Below, piece after piece: positions 9,335-18,507 of a stretch of DNA of 64,000 nt. The stretch is from Candidatus Aenigmatarchaeota archaeon (GTDB lineage: Archaea; Aenigmatarchaeota; Aenigmatarchaeia; GW2011-AR5): NCBI GenBank assembly GCA_016180945.1, contig JACPAG010000003.1, positions 39,312 to 103,311 of the forward strand, read 5' to 3'. A program made the translations under genes and the position numbers. Below the pieces are notes generated by a model. That model ran no database searches. It saw nothing but the letters and a program-made list of their open reading frames with translations, and was not told the origin of the DNA. How positions within the stretch are numbered: the stretch's first letter is position 1; the number at the start of each line of letters is the position of its first letter.

Positions 9335-9429
9335 AACAAATTTTTAATAGATTTTAATAGTTTATACCAGAGAGGCTTTAAAAACTTAACTTTGTGAAAA
9401 ACCACTGCAATTAATTATTAAAAACAAAA

Positions 9430-9921
9430 TTACAGTCCCCTGCTCTTCTTGCCAGCGCTCGTCAGTCCGCGGAAAACGCGTTTTCTCTGGCCGCCTACCC
9501 AGTTGATTTTTGGGTCAGCCCTTATCGCCGGATGGTTCGGGTCCGCTAAAATGACTTCATAGTACCTGTGCGTGCCGCTCTCGCCTACATAATAGCTGTT
9601 CAGAACTTCCATGTTGGGAAATTTTCTCGCAACCCGTTTTTCAGCTATCGCCTGCAGCGATTGCTCTGTCGTAAAGAATATGCCGGATTTGCTGGGTTTT
9701 CGCCCCTTGCGTATAGTTGGCCTTTTCCGCCCGCCCTTCCCTATCCGTGTTCGTGCTATAACATAACCTTGTTTTGCCCTGTAGCCTAATGACCTGGCGC
9801 GCTTGAGGCGCGACGGCCTTTCAACCCTGTTGACCACCGGTTCTCTGGACCATTTTCTGACCTTTTCCTTGTAGGCAGGTTTGTTCCAGTCGGTTGAAGT
9901 ATAAAGGGCCATTGATATCAC
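9430..9921 (-). CDS. rpl15e: 50S ribosomal protein L15e
   Basis: Very basic; PAYKEKVRKW...GYVIARTRIGKGGRKRP is characteristic of eL15. Confidence 0.9.
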   Translation of the reverse strand: MISMALYTSTDWNKPAYKEKVRKWSREPVVNRVERPSRLKRARSLGYRAKQGYVIARTRIGKGGRKRPTIRKGRKPSKSGIFFTTEQSLQAIAEKRVARKFPNMEVLNSYYVGESGTHRYYEVILADPNHPAIRADPKINWVGGQRKRVFRGLTSAGKKSRGL

Positions 9922-10256
9922 TGCTTGTATTTCTTCACGATTTCAACAATCTGCTTGATTTCCTCTTTTTTCAGGTTAGTTCTTTCCTTGGAGAATAAAG
10001 CCTCGACCTCTTCCTCTGTGTCCGGCAGCGTATTGATTATAAGAGCGGCGTATCTCGGCTTGATGATGGAGATTTTTCCGAGCTCTTCGATAATAGACTC
10101 AATCTTGGAAGGGGTCAGCTTGATGGTCTTTTCCAGGTATTCAAGGCATATCTTCTGCTCGTAAACCAGGTCCCTTTCCTTTTTCCTCTCTTCCATTATC
10201 TTTTTTGCGTTAACTGCGCTTACATCCTCTTCCGAAACTATCTCCACATATATCAC
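9918..10256 (-). CDS. rpoF: DNA-directed RNA polymerase subunit F (Rpo4)
   Basis: Size, acidic helical pattern and position next to L21e match archaeal RpoF. Confidence 0.6.
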   Translation of the reverse strand: MIYVEIVSEEDVSAVNAKKIMEERKKERDLVYEQKICLEYLEKTIKLTPSKIESIIEELGKISIIKPRYAALIINTLPDTEEEVEALFSKERTNLKKEEIKQIVEIVKKYKQ

Positions 10257-10259
10257 CCT

Positions 10260-10559
10260 CTAATCAATATCGTAATGAACCAGCTTTCCTTCTGCTGTCC
10301 TCATTATTTCCCTGCTCAAACCTGCGACGCCTCTTAATCTTAGACTAAAATTATAGCCTCTTAATTGTCCCAATAATTGTCTTGTTTCATCAATATTCCC
10401 TCTCTCAGCAGAGCCAACTGCATCTTGAACAGTCCTTACAAATTCTGGAGTTAATGAAGGCACAGCAGTTATTAAATCATAGCCATGCCTCGCGCCAGCA
10501 GTTACCGTTGCAGTTCCATAAATACATATCGGTTCTGCCCGCACCGTAGTATTAACCAT
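10260..10559 (-). CDS. Hypothetical protein between rpl21e and rpoF
   Basis: 99-aa ORF in an operonic position. Confidence 0.4.
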   Translation of the reverse strand: MVNTTVRAEPICIYGTATVTAGARHGYDLITAVPSLTPEFVRTVQDAVGSAERGNIDETRQLLGQLRGYNFSLRLRGVAGLSREIMRTAEGKLVHYDID

Positions 10560-10574
10560 TTTTATTCAACTTTT

Positions 10575-10919
10575 TCATTTCGTACTTGCCTTCCTCAGGT
10601 TTTCAGACTTCAGGCATATAGTCTTGGTTTTGTTGCCGTCCTTGATCTGGATGACATAACCGCCGCCCCTTGTTTCCAGCACCCTGCCTGTTAAGCCCTG
10701 GAATTTCGGATGGGGCATTCTCTGCGTCGAGAAATCAACATGGACAAGCTCGCCAGCTTCAAACGTATCCAGGAAACGGGTTACGCTGGCCTTTTTGCCG
10801 GCCATCTTTTGGCGCGTGCCGCGCATTTTGCCGTATGATTTGCGAACCACCAGAACACCTATGCTAAATGGTATGTTCCGATATAACCTGTGACTAAAGT
10901 CACAGGTTCCTATGAACAT
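10575..10919 (-). CDS. rpl21e: 50S ribosomal protein L21e (start may be an internal Met)
   Basis: GKMRG...FEAGELVHVD...RMPHPKFQGLTGRV is the L21e core. Confidence 0.8.
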   Translation of the reverse strand: MFIGTCDFSHRLYRNIPFSIGVLVVRKSYGKMRGTRQKMAGKKASVTRFLDTFEAGELVHVDFSTQRMPHPKFQGLTGRVLETRGGGYVIQIKDGNKTKTICLKSENLRKASTK

Positions 10920-10989
10920 AGCATCTCAGATACATTTTCAATGTATCTGTAGATAATCAATAAAGCTTAAAAAGTGTATATCTAAGGTT

Positions 10990-11208
10990 TTGTTTATGTT
11001 ATTAGTTTGGGGGAACGGAATAAATTTAGACGGTCTCGAATACAAAGCAGCGGTTGTTTTTAGGGGCAAAGTTTCTTATCGAGGAATATTGCAGTACAAC
11101 CCTGATGGCGTTCCCTGTTTATTCGGTTGTGCTATAACTGGAAGTAATATTGAAGAACCAATGTTATATCCTCTGCAAGAAGGGGATGCTTTAGCTTTGC
11201 CGGAGTGA
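10990..11208 (+). CDS. Hypothetical small protein upstream of cutA
   Basis: 72-aa ORF ending 4 nt before cutA. No recognisable family. Confidence 0.3.
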   Translation: MFMLLVWGNGINLDGLEYKAAVVFRGKVSYRGILQYNPDGVPCLFGCAITGSNIEEPMLYPLQEGDALALPE

Positions 11209-11212
11209 GTTT

Positions 11213-11527
11213 ATGCCATTCGTTTCTGTATACATAACGTGCAAGAACGTCAAAGAAGCCAAGCGATTAGCAGAAGTTCTGGTTAAAGAGCGTCTGGTCG
11301 CCTGCGCAAACATAATTCCAAAGATGGAATCGCTTTACCGGTGGAAAGGTAAGATTCAAAACGAGTCCGAAGCAGCCCTGATTGGAAAAACGATATCAGA
11401 AAACGCAAAGAAGATAATCAAACGTGTTAAGGAACTTCACAGCTACGATACCCCGTGCGTCGTGTTCTGGCCCATCATAGACGGCAACAAGGATTATCTG
11501 GAATGGATAAGAAAAGAAACGAAATAA
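11213..11527 (+). CDS. cutA: Divalent-cation tolerance protein CutA
   Basis: CutA1 fold signature ...VACANIIP...SLYRWKGKI... Confidence 0.8.
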   Translation: MPFVSVYITCKNVKEAKRLAEVLVKERLVACANIIPKMESLYRWKGKIQNESEAALIGKTISENAKKIIKRVKELHSYDTPCVVFWPIIDGNKDYLEWIRKETK

Positions 11528-11575
11528 GTCTATCGTCCGTTATAAGCATTCAGGATTCTTCTCAGGTCGCCTTCA

Positions 11576-11669
11576 TACAAGCGATACCACCAGTCTCGGA
11601 CTGGTGGTTCGTGGTGTAAAAAACTTTGTCGGTAATATACAATGATGCCACCGGTCTATTGACCGGTGG
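11576..11669 (+). repeat. R1 dispersed repeat, copy 1
   Basis: Shared 56-nt core (hairpin CCACCAGTCTCGGACTGGTGG) followed by its own 3' hairpin CCACCGGTC-TATT-GACCGGTGG. Starts 49 nt after the cutA stop. Confidence 0.7.
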
Positions 11670-11995
11670 AGACAACCAAAAATTAAAAGCGCCATTTCTA
11701 CCTCGGCATAATTATGCCGCCTTGCCAATTCGCCGAGCGTTGTTCTTTTTTCCGCTGTATGGTTTACAAAAAGTCGTTTCTGAACTTCAGTAACAGCTAT
11801 TAGCGGTTCGTCACGAAGTTGTCTGTAAGCACCCAAAGCAGGACCGAGAACTAGCCCTGCAGCAGCTTCCGTGACCTGCTGGTAAACATCTGGGCGCCTT
11901 TGAAAAGGTCTTGACCCGGTTACCCTTATCCTTTGAGGCACTCTCGCGTGCCTTGCAGGTTTCGGCATTTAAAAGATAATGCCGAAGAGATTTTA
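11650..11995 (-). ncRNA. Candidate structured ncRNA, possibly SRP 7S RNA
   Basis: About 350 nt with no credible ORF, elevated GC and many perfect hairpins (CGGCATAATTATGCCG, TTCGGCATT...AATGCCGAA). The minus strand carries CCAGCAGGUCACGGAAGCUGCUGCAGG, which resembles the SRP helix-8 apical sequence (GGAA tetraloop). Confidence 0.3.
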
Positions 11996-12044
11996 AGCTC
12001 GATTCCTGCAAAAGATTCTTAAGCACCGCAAATAGAGGAATGTT

Positions 12045-12638
12045 ATGGCCGGCAAATTAATCGCATTCGAAGGATTAGACGGAAGCGGCATCACCACTCA
12101 GGCCACGCTGCTAAGAAATTATTTTCTGACCCAGGGAAAAGACGTCATCCTCACCAAGGAGCCTACTGACGGCCTGATAGGCGGCATAATAAAGGCCTGC
12201 CTGCGCAAAGAGTGGAAAACAAATCCGCTTGCGCTGCAGCTTCTCATGGTCGCCGACCGCTCGCATCATTTGGCGACGGAGATAGAGCCGGCATTGAAAA
12301 AAAACATGACCGTCATATCCGACCGGTATATTTTGTCAACGCTTGCCTACGGCAGTCCGGACGTAGATATGAAGACGCTGCAGCAGCTCAATAACGGATT
12401 CAGAAAACCCAATCTCACGATTATGATAGACACGCATCCCCGTGTATGTCTGGAGCGGATAAAAAAGTCACGGCATCACATAGAGCTGTTTGAAGATGAA
12501 CAAAAGTTCAACCAGACAAGGAACAATTACCTTTCGCTGAAGAACCATTTCCCGAACACGCACGTCATAGACGGCAACCGCACGCCGGAAGAGGTCCTGA
12601 GGGACGTGAAAAGGATTGTGGAAAAGGCAGAGATGTGA
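12045..12638 (+). CDS. tmk: Thymidylate kinase
   Basis: IAFEGLDGSGITTQ P-loop and a DR(Y/H) motif. Confidence 0.85.
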   Translation: MAGKLIAFEGLDGSGITTQATLLRNYFLTQGKDVILTKEPTDGLIGGIIKACLRKEWKTNPLALQLLMVADRSHHLATEIEPALKKNMTVISDRYILSTLAYGSPDVDMKTLQQLNNGFRKPNLTIMIDTHPRVCLERIKKSRHHIELFEDEQKFNQTRNNYLSLKNHFPNTHVIDGNRTPEEVLRDVKRIVEKAEM

Positions 12639-12834
12639 TTTACCTTTTCCGTCTAAAAAACGAATTCTCAAGTTGTTCTAATTCTTTTATAGGTTTGTAA
12701 TCGAAGAAAGAAACAAAAATATCCTTAGTTTTCTCATTTTCTAAAATTATCTGAAATCTTTTATTTTTGTTATATACACAGGAAAGGGTCAGAAAATGGT
12801 GGTGCCATGGCTCTCTTCTTCTGGAGTAACCCTC

Positions 12835-12960
12835 GGCAAGTTCTATAATCTTTTCTATGCTTACATTCGGATAGAACGGCCAGACTTTAGAAGTCTGGGA
12901 TGATATAGCGTTCTATCCGATGTCACGCCAGCCTCTTTAGAGGCTGGCCGTTGACTTCCT
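12835..12960. repeat. Structured intergenic element with nested hairpins between convergent tmk and scpB
   Basis: 14-bp stem CATTCGGATAGAACG/CGTTCTATCCGATG enclosing CCAGACTT-TAGA-AGTCTGG, followed by CCAGCCTCT-TTAG-AGGCTGG. Confidence 0.4.
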
Positions 12961-12966
12961 TCATGT

Positions 12967-13467
12967 CTACCCCTTCTCTTCTTCTTTTACCAGCTCTTTT
13001 ATCTTCTCTTTACCAGCTCCAAAATACTCTTCAAAATGCGGCGTTGTTCTGAGCAGCTTTGTACGGGATTTCTTCTCGCTTTTTACAAGCCCGCGCGTCT
13101 CCAGTTCTTTTACGTATTCATACGTTCTGTTGCCGATAACCTTGACTATGTCCGCCTGGCTTATAGGCTCGTGATATGCGATTATAGACAGCACCCTTAA
13201 CAATCCCCTTGAAAGGTCGGCGTGCGGCGTGAGGTGCGAAACCTTTTCAACATGCTCCGGTTTTACGATAAGCTTGTAGCCGCCCCCTTCTGAAAGCTTT
13301 ATCCCGGAATCGTCGCCGGAATATTTATTCCTTAGTTGGGAAAGCAGTTTTTCTATCTCTTCCGTCCTTGTTTTCATGATTTTCTGCAGCTCTTCCATTG
13401 TCAACGGCCCGCTTGTCGTGAACAGAACAGCTTCGAGAAGCGCTAACTTGCTCGGCATAGTGACCAA
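12967..13467 (-). CDS. scpB: Segregation and condensation protein B (ScpB)
   Basis: LLEAVLFTTSGPLT start and a winged-helix pattern. Confidence 0.8.
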   Translation of the reverse strand: MVTMPSKLALLEAVLFTTSGPLTMEELQKIMKTRTEEIEKLLSQLRNKYSGDDSGIKLSEGGGYKLIVKPEHVEKVSHLTPHADLSRGLLRVLSIIAYHEPISQADIVKVIGNRTYEYVKELETRGLVKSEKKSRTKLLRTTPHFEEYFGAGKEKIKELVKEEEKG

Positions 13468-13590
13468 TACTATTGTGACATGACAGTATATATAAATTGT
13501 AGAGAAAAAGAACAGGAAACAGGCTAATGTTTAGCCTTTACCTACCTCATAATTACATATTCAATTAGAACCAAATCCATCAGCATTTAC

Positions 13591-14259
13591 TTATACCACC
13601 CTCACCGTAATGTCCTTGAAAAATTCCTCCTGCTCGCATACAACCTTTCCGCGGTTTGAGAGGTGCAGCAGCGGCAGGAATATTTCCACTATTTCCTTCC
13701 TTTTCCAGACCGGAACTATATCCGAAAATTTCATGAAAGTGCCGTGCCTTAGTATCTGGTCAAAGACATTTTTTATCCTTATCTCTATATCCTCCTCCGG
13801 TTCTATCAGCCCTTCCACCCTTCTTCTCATGCGCAGCTTCTTCGTTTCTTTTCTTTCCTTGAATTCGAATGCCTTGTTCAGCGCGGATACAAGTTCTGTC
13901 AGTGTCACCTTCCTTGTCGGCTTTCTTTCCAGCGGAGGCGATAGTGACGGAATATCCTCTATGTTTATCGGCGGTGGCGATTCCCCTTTTATTTCTTCCT
14001 TCGGTTCTTCTTCCTCCAGCAGCAGCTCGCATTTCATCCTCAGCAGTATGGCGGCTATCAGTACGAACCTGGCCGGCACCCGGAAATCAAACGTCTTCAG
14101 CCGTTTCAGGTAAAACATGAAAGAATCCGTCAGCTTTATGATATCCACGACAGCCGGGTCCATTCCCTCTTCTACAACTATGTTGGTCAGCACCTCCTGC
14201 CAGTCGCTTCCCGCGACAATCGTCTGTATCAGCTTGTTTTCATCTATCATAGCCATCAC
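13591..14259 (-). CDS. scpA: Segregation and condensation protein A (ScpA kleisin)
   Basis: Typical ScpA N-terminus ...LTDSFMFYLKRLK... Confidence 0.8.
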   Translation of the reverse strand: MMAMIDENKLIQTIVAGSDWQEVLTNIVVEEGMDPAVVDIIKLTDSFMFYLKRLKTFDFRVPARFVLIAAILLRMKCELLLEEEEPKEEIKGESPPPINIEDIPSLSPPLERKPTRKVTLTELVSALNKAFEFKERKETKKLRMRRRVEGLIEPEEDIEIRIKNVFDQILRHGTFMKFSDIVPVWKRKEIVEIFLPLLHLSNRGKVVCEQEEFFKDITVRVV

Positions 14260-14456
14260 TAGTTTCTCGAAAATCCGAAGGTATAAACAGGCGTAAATAA
14301 ATCCTGCAATCTGGATTTATTCTCGAATACACACCTTACAAATTCTACAAATGTATCCCGATAAGTTTCAGCAGACGAGAAAACCTCTCCTAATTCTGGA
14401 GATGTCATCCAGAAATATCTTCCATCATGTCTTACCTCTATCTTTAATTTATTCAT
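14259..14456 (-). CDS. Small protein between smc and scpA; HicB-like/UPF0150-like fold suspected
   Basis: 65 aa, MNKLKIEVRHDGRYFWMTSPELGEV.... The stop overlaps the scpA start. Confidence 0.35.
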   Translation of the reverse strand: MNKLKIEVRHDGRYFWMTSPELGEVFSSAETYRDTFVEFVRCVFENKSRLQDLFTPVYTFGFSRN

Positions 14457-14458
14457 AG

Positions 14459-16876
14459 CTATTCCTTCGGCAACTCTATGCCAAATACCTTTGACACGCC
14501 GTCTTCCATCGAAACGCCGAACACCTTGTCAGCTTCCTGGATTGTGAAGTCGTTATGTGTTATCACAATAAACTGGCTGGTTTTCGAATATTTTTTCACC
14601 ACGTCCACGATTTTTCTGGTATTCGGCTTGTCCAGGGCCGCGTCCACTTCGTCCAGTATGTAAAAAGGCGAATAGTAGAGCTGCATTATGGCGAACAGGA
14701 ACGCCAGTGACGTCAGCGTCTTTTCTCCGCCGGACATCGAATCCAGGTTGACTATGTTTTTGCCTGCAGGCGACGCCTCTACTATCAGGCCCGAATCTAT
14801 GTTGTTTTCTATTTCCAGTCTCAGCCTTCCAGTCCCGTTCATCAGGTCTTTGTATATGTTCGAGAAGTTCTCGGAAATCTTGTCCAGCGTTTCCATGAAT
14901 TTGTCGTAACGCCTTTTTTCCACTTCTTGGACGATTTTTATGACAGCCGCCTTTTCTTCCAGCAGTTTGTCCAGCTTCTTTTTCATTTCCTCGAACTCGA
15001 CATTAATCGTCTTGAACTCTTCGATGGCTCGCATATTTACCGGGCCTAAACCGTTTATTTCGATTATGTATTTTCTTATATTCTCCTGCAGTTCTTGCAG
15101 ACCCAGTTTAACAAACTCTTTTACGTCAGAGAATTCTTCAGCCTCCACCCTGAGGTTATCCAATGTCGCTTCTATCCTGGCCTTTTCTATCTTCAGCTTG
15201 CTTATTTCGTTCTGCATAACCAGGCGCTCTTCGAAGAGGCGCTTGCGCATCCCTCTTAGTTTTTCTATTTCCTGCTCTTCTTTTTCTTTTTCCGTAACCA
15301 GTTTTGTGACCTCTTCAGATTCCGTCTCCTGCAGGGATTTCAGCTTTTCCAGTTGCACCTCCAGTTTTTTTATCTCTTCCTTTATAGAGGCATTTTCCGC
15401 TTCAACCCGTTGTATATCCGCCGTTGCCGTAAGCAACTTCTTGTAATAGCCGCCTATCATGGCGCCTGAAGTTTCTATCAAATCGCCGTCCAGCGTGACT
15501 ATCCTGAACCCGTTTATTTTTCTGGCAGTGTCTATATTGTCAACCACTATCGTGCTTCCAAGAACGTACTCCATCGCCTGCGAATATTTGCCGTCAAATT
15601 CTATTAGGTCTATGGCATAGCCGATTATTTTTTTGCCGCACTCCTTTCTCCTTCTGGTCCTTATCCTGTTCAGCGGTATGAAGCGCGCCCTTCCTACCTT
15701 TTTCTCCTTGAGGAATTTTATGCATCTCGCAGCTATTTCATCCGTTTCGACGACGATGTCATTTACATGCCTTCCGATGGCAACTTCCAGCGCTATCGAA
15801 TATTTGGCGGGTATTTTAACCAGCGAAGCCACCGTGCCGTATACGCCGTCCAGCCCCAGATTCATGACCTCTTTTACAAGATGGCTTGCTACAGGCGCCA
15901 TGCTTTTGAGCCTTGCAACCTCTCTCTCGTTAACGTCAATCCTGTCGTGCTTCCGCAGAATCTCCGTTTGAACTTTGTCTATATTTCTCAGTATGTCGTA
16001 ATTCTTGGATTTCTGTATTATTTCATCGCCCTTTTTCTGCACGCTTTTTTCTGTTTTTTCCAAGCTGTTTTCTGCCTCGAAGAAAGTCTTTTCAAGTGTG
16101 GCGAATTTTTCCGTCTTTTCGTCTGCACCTTTATTTATCACGGCCGCTTTTTCTTCTTCGTCCGAAATTTTTTTCTTCAGCAGCGACGCCCTGAATTTTC
16201 TTAATTTGTCATTCAGTTCCTGGTATTTCTCGGCCGTTTCTTTTTCCGACTTTAATCTGGATACAAGCCGCTGCTTCTCTGCAACCACTATCATGCTCTC
16301 CCTGACTAGATTTTCCACTCTTTCCAGTTCCCTCGTTGCTTTTTCCTTCTTTTCGTCGAACTCTGCTATCCCTGATATTTCATCTACGACGCCGCGCCTT
16401 TCTAGAGGGCCCATTTCTATTATCCTCGTAACGTCGCCCTGCATGATGATATTGTAGCCTTCCGGCGAAAGCTTCGCGTTCGCCAGCAGGTCGAGCAGTT
16501 TCGACCTCGTAACCGTCTTCCCGTCCAGTTTGTAAACGGTTATGCCGCTTCTGCTTATCTTCCTGGTTATTTTCACTTCCTCCTCTCCGGGCAGCTGCTT
16601 GTCTTTGTTGTCCAGATATAGGGTCACCTCGCAGTAATCAGCCGGCTTCCTGTTTTTGCCGCCGTTGAAAAGCAGGTTCTGCAGTTTCTCCGCCCTGATA
16701 GAGCGCGCGGAAGACGTGCCGAGAACAAACGTTATAGCGTCGCAGATGTTGCTTTTTCCGCTCCCGTTTGGACCGCACACGCAGTTGAATCCCGTCGGAA
16801 ACGGTATCGTAACCCTGTTGGCAAAGCTCTTGAAGCCCTGCATCGTTATCCTGTCTAGTCTGACCATAAGCATCAC
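14459..16876 (-). CDS. smc: Chromosome segregation ATPase SMC (short form, 805 aa)
   Basis: Walker A GPNGSGKSN, a long coiled coil, a hinge, and C-terminal LSGGEKTLTSLAF plus a Walker B. Confidence 0.9.
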   Translation of the reverse strand: MMLMVRLDRITMQGFKSFANRVTIPFPTGFNCVCGPNGSGKSNICDAITFVLGTSSARSIRAEKLQNLLFNGGKNRKPADYCEVTLYLDNKDKQLPGEEEVKITRKISRSGITVYKLDGKTVTRSKLLDLLANAKLSPEGYNIIMQGDVTRIIEMGPLERRGVVDEISGIAEFDEKKEKATRELERVENLVRESMIVVAEKQRLVSRLKSEKETAEKYQELNDKLRKFRASLLKKKISDEEEKAAVINKGADEKTEKFATLEKTFFEAENSLEKTEKSVQKKGDEIIQKSKNYDILRNIDKVQTEILRKHDRIDVNEREVARLKSMAPVASHLVKEVMNLGLDGVYGTVASLVKIPAKYSIALEVAIGRHVNDIVVETDEIAARCIKFLKEKKVGRARFIPLNRIRTRRRKECGKKIIGYAIDLIEFDGKYSQAMEYVLGSTIVVDNIDTARKINGFRIVTLDGDLIETSGAMIGGYYKKLLTATADIQRVEAENASIKEEIKKLEVQLEKLKSLQETESEEVTKLVTEKEKEEQEIEKLRGMRKRLFEERLVMQNEISKLKIEKARIEATLDNLRVEAEEFSDVKEFVKLGLQELQENIRKYIIEINGLGPVNMRAIEEFKTINVEFEEMKKKLDKLLEEKAAVIKIVQEVEKRRYDKFMETLDKISENFSNIYKDLMNGTGRLRLEIENNIDSGLIVEASPAGKNIVNLDSMSGGEKTLTSLAFLFAIMQLYYSPFYILDEVDAALDKPNTRKIVDVVKKYSKTSQFIVITHNDFTIQEADKVFGVSMEDGVSKVFGIELPKE

Positions 16877-17022
16877 CGCCTTTTCTTTCCCTTTTCCAGT
16901 TTCTCGTAAATAACGTTGTTTATGAAAGAAGCTATAGAAGGGTACTGGTATTTGTTGTCGTTATTGTCCAAGAACTCCTTTATCTTCTTTAGCAACCTGT
17001 CGTCTATTCTAACTACAGCCAT
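16873..17022 (-). CDS. Ribbon-helix-helix (CopG/Arc/MetJ-like) DNA-binding protein, 49 aa; not in the ORF track
   Basis: Translation is MAVVRIDDRLLKKIKEFLDNNDNKYQYPSIASFINNVIYEKLEKGKKRR. GGGGATTAT precedes the ATG. The TGA stop overlaps the smc start (TGATG). Confidence 0.55.
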   Translation of the reverse strand: MAVVRIDDRLLKKIKEFLDNNDNKYQYPSIASFINNVIYEKLEKGKKRR

Positions 17023-17103
17023 ATAATCCCCTAGTTACTATTGATTACTATATGTAACATTATGTAATTAGTATATAAAGATGTGAGAAACAGATGAAAT
17101 TTA

Positions 17104-18351
17104 TCATGGCGCTTCCGCCAGCATCTTCTCGACTTCTTTCTTTTCAGCGAGATTGGTCAAAAATTCTTCGGAGCCAATCTCTTTCCGTCCGCCTGTGTAA
17201 GGAAGCAGTTTTTCCACCTTTTTGCGGAATGATTCGTCCTTTGACGCTTTGACCATGAGTCGGTCTATCATGAAAGGGAATTTCTTTCCTATGACCTGGA
17301 GCCTGTAGTTCGCTTTGATTTCCGGCCCTATCGCCTCCCAGAGAAGCGTATCGTATTTTTTCAGGAAGCCCTCGCTGAAGTCTCCGCGCTGCAGTGCTTC
17401 TGTAGCTATTTGCGCCGCAATTCTGGCTGAAATCATTGCATTGCCGAGACCCTCGCCGCTTAGCGGGTCGATAAGCGAAGCCGCGTCGCCCAGAATCAGC
17501 AGCCCGTTTCCAAAAGATTTTCTGCGGTAGCTCGCAACAGGCAAATTCCACCCTTTCACGTCTTCTAGGGGCGTAGCGTCTTTGAACCTCTCTTTGAAAA
17601 GTGGATTTTCCTTTATCTCTCTTAACGTCGCCTCTTTCAGGTTAACCTTCCTGTCGTGCATGTCTTTTACGATCATGCCCAGCCCTACGTTCGCTTCGCC
17701 GTTAGGCAGCGGGAATATCCAGAAATAGCCTGGTATAAGGCTCTTTATCAGGTGTAATTCTATCCTGTCCGTCATGCCTTTTACGCCCTTGTAATACTGG
17801 CGCGTGGCAACTATGAAATGTTCAGGCGGATTCTTGTTCAGCCCGAGCTTTTGCGCAACCAAACTATTTGCCCCGTCAGCAGCCAGCACTATTTTTGCCC
17901 TTATCTCTTCCCGCTGGCCGTTTTCATTCCCAATAACCCCTTTTACGATATTGTTTTCAATGATCAGGTCTGTCACGTTAAAGATTCTGAATGCCGCCGC
18001 CTTCTTTGCGTTCTCCGCCAAGAAATTATCGAGAACCATTCTCCTGTGCACATATCCCGGTGCCGGTTCGCTTCGCGAAGCCACATCTAAGTGAATTTGC
18101 GTCCCGTTCGGGGAGCTTAGTGTGATGCCGTAAATCTTCTGGCCCGGCAGTTTTGTATATTCCTCGTAAATGCCCAGCTCTTTCATTATAGCAGCCGCTT
18201 TCCTGCCCTGCGCGTCGCCGCATATCTTGTCCCTCGGAAATGCAGCCTTGTCAACGACCAGCACCTTCTCTTTTCCCAGTGCCTTGGCCAGATACATAGC
18301 CGCTACAGAACCGGCAGGCCCGCAGCCTATGACAATGGCGTCGTAATCCAT
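17104..18351 (-). CDS. Geranylgeranyl reductase family (digeranylgeranylglycerophospholipid reductase)
   Basis: FAD-binding GCGPAGSVAA and GGR family length and motifs. Confidence 0.8.
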   Translation of the reverse strand: MDYDAIVIGCGPAGSVAAMYLAKALGKEKVLVVDKAAFPRDKICGDAQGRKAAAIMKELGIYEEYTKLPGQKIYGITLSSPNGTQIHLDVASRSEPAPGYVHRRMVLDNFLAENAKKAAAFRIFNVTDLIIENNIVKGVIGNENGQREEIRAKIVLAADGANSLVAQKLGLNKNPPEHFIVATRQYYKGVKGMTDRIELHLIKSLIPGYFWIFPLPNGEANVGLGMIVKDMHDRKVNLKEATLREIKENPLFKERFKDATPLEDVKGWNLPVASYRRKSFGNGLLILGDAASLIDPLSGEGLGNAMISARIAAQIATEALQRGDFSEGFLKKYDTLLWEAIGPEIKANYRLQVIGKKFPFMIDRLMVKASKDESFRKKVEKLLPYTGGRKEIGSEEFLTNLAEKKEVEKMLAEAP

Positions 18352-18507
18352 GCCAGTTTCTTTGAATCCAAGATTTTAATAGGTTTCGCAAGAGTTAACC
18401 TTATGCCGATCATAAATAAAATGGCTACAAGCAGGATTCTAAAGAATCCTGCTGTACAGAAGGTTCGTTTCAACGAACCTTCTTGTATCGACTCGCCGAG
18501 CGAGGGG

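Noticed and set aside
11573-11968. 131-aa minus-strand ORF as a protein-coding gene
   Set aside because: Its composition is Arg/Pro/Ala-rich. Its C-terminus is simply the R1 repeat read on the opposite strand. The same MHH.../...LVVSLV peptide is produced at every R1 copy (30560-30775, 45803-46129), which is a hallmark of a repeat, not a gene.
12700-12966. RNase P RNA in the ~330-nt non-coding gap before scpB, near the RNase P protein genes
   Set aside because: The universally conserved P4 sequences (GGAAAGUCCGG..., ACAGAAGGC...) are absent. The region is better described as a set of nested hairpins.
13610-14120. Ser-rich ORFs antisense to scpA
   Set aside because: Same antisense low-complexity artefact.
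14478-16457. Several 60-170-aa plus-strand ORFs inside smc (14478-14663, 14940-15446, 15633-16457), one of them Ser-rich
   Set aside because: They are antisense to a well-supported smc reading frame. Their low-complexity Ser/Phe composition is typical of the reverse frame of a Glu/Lys-rich coiled-coil gene.
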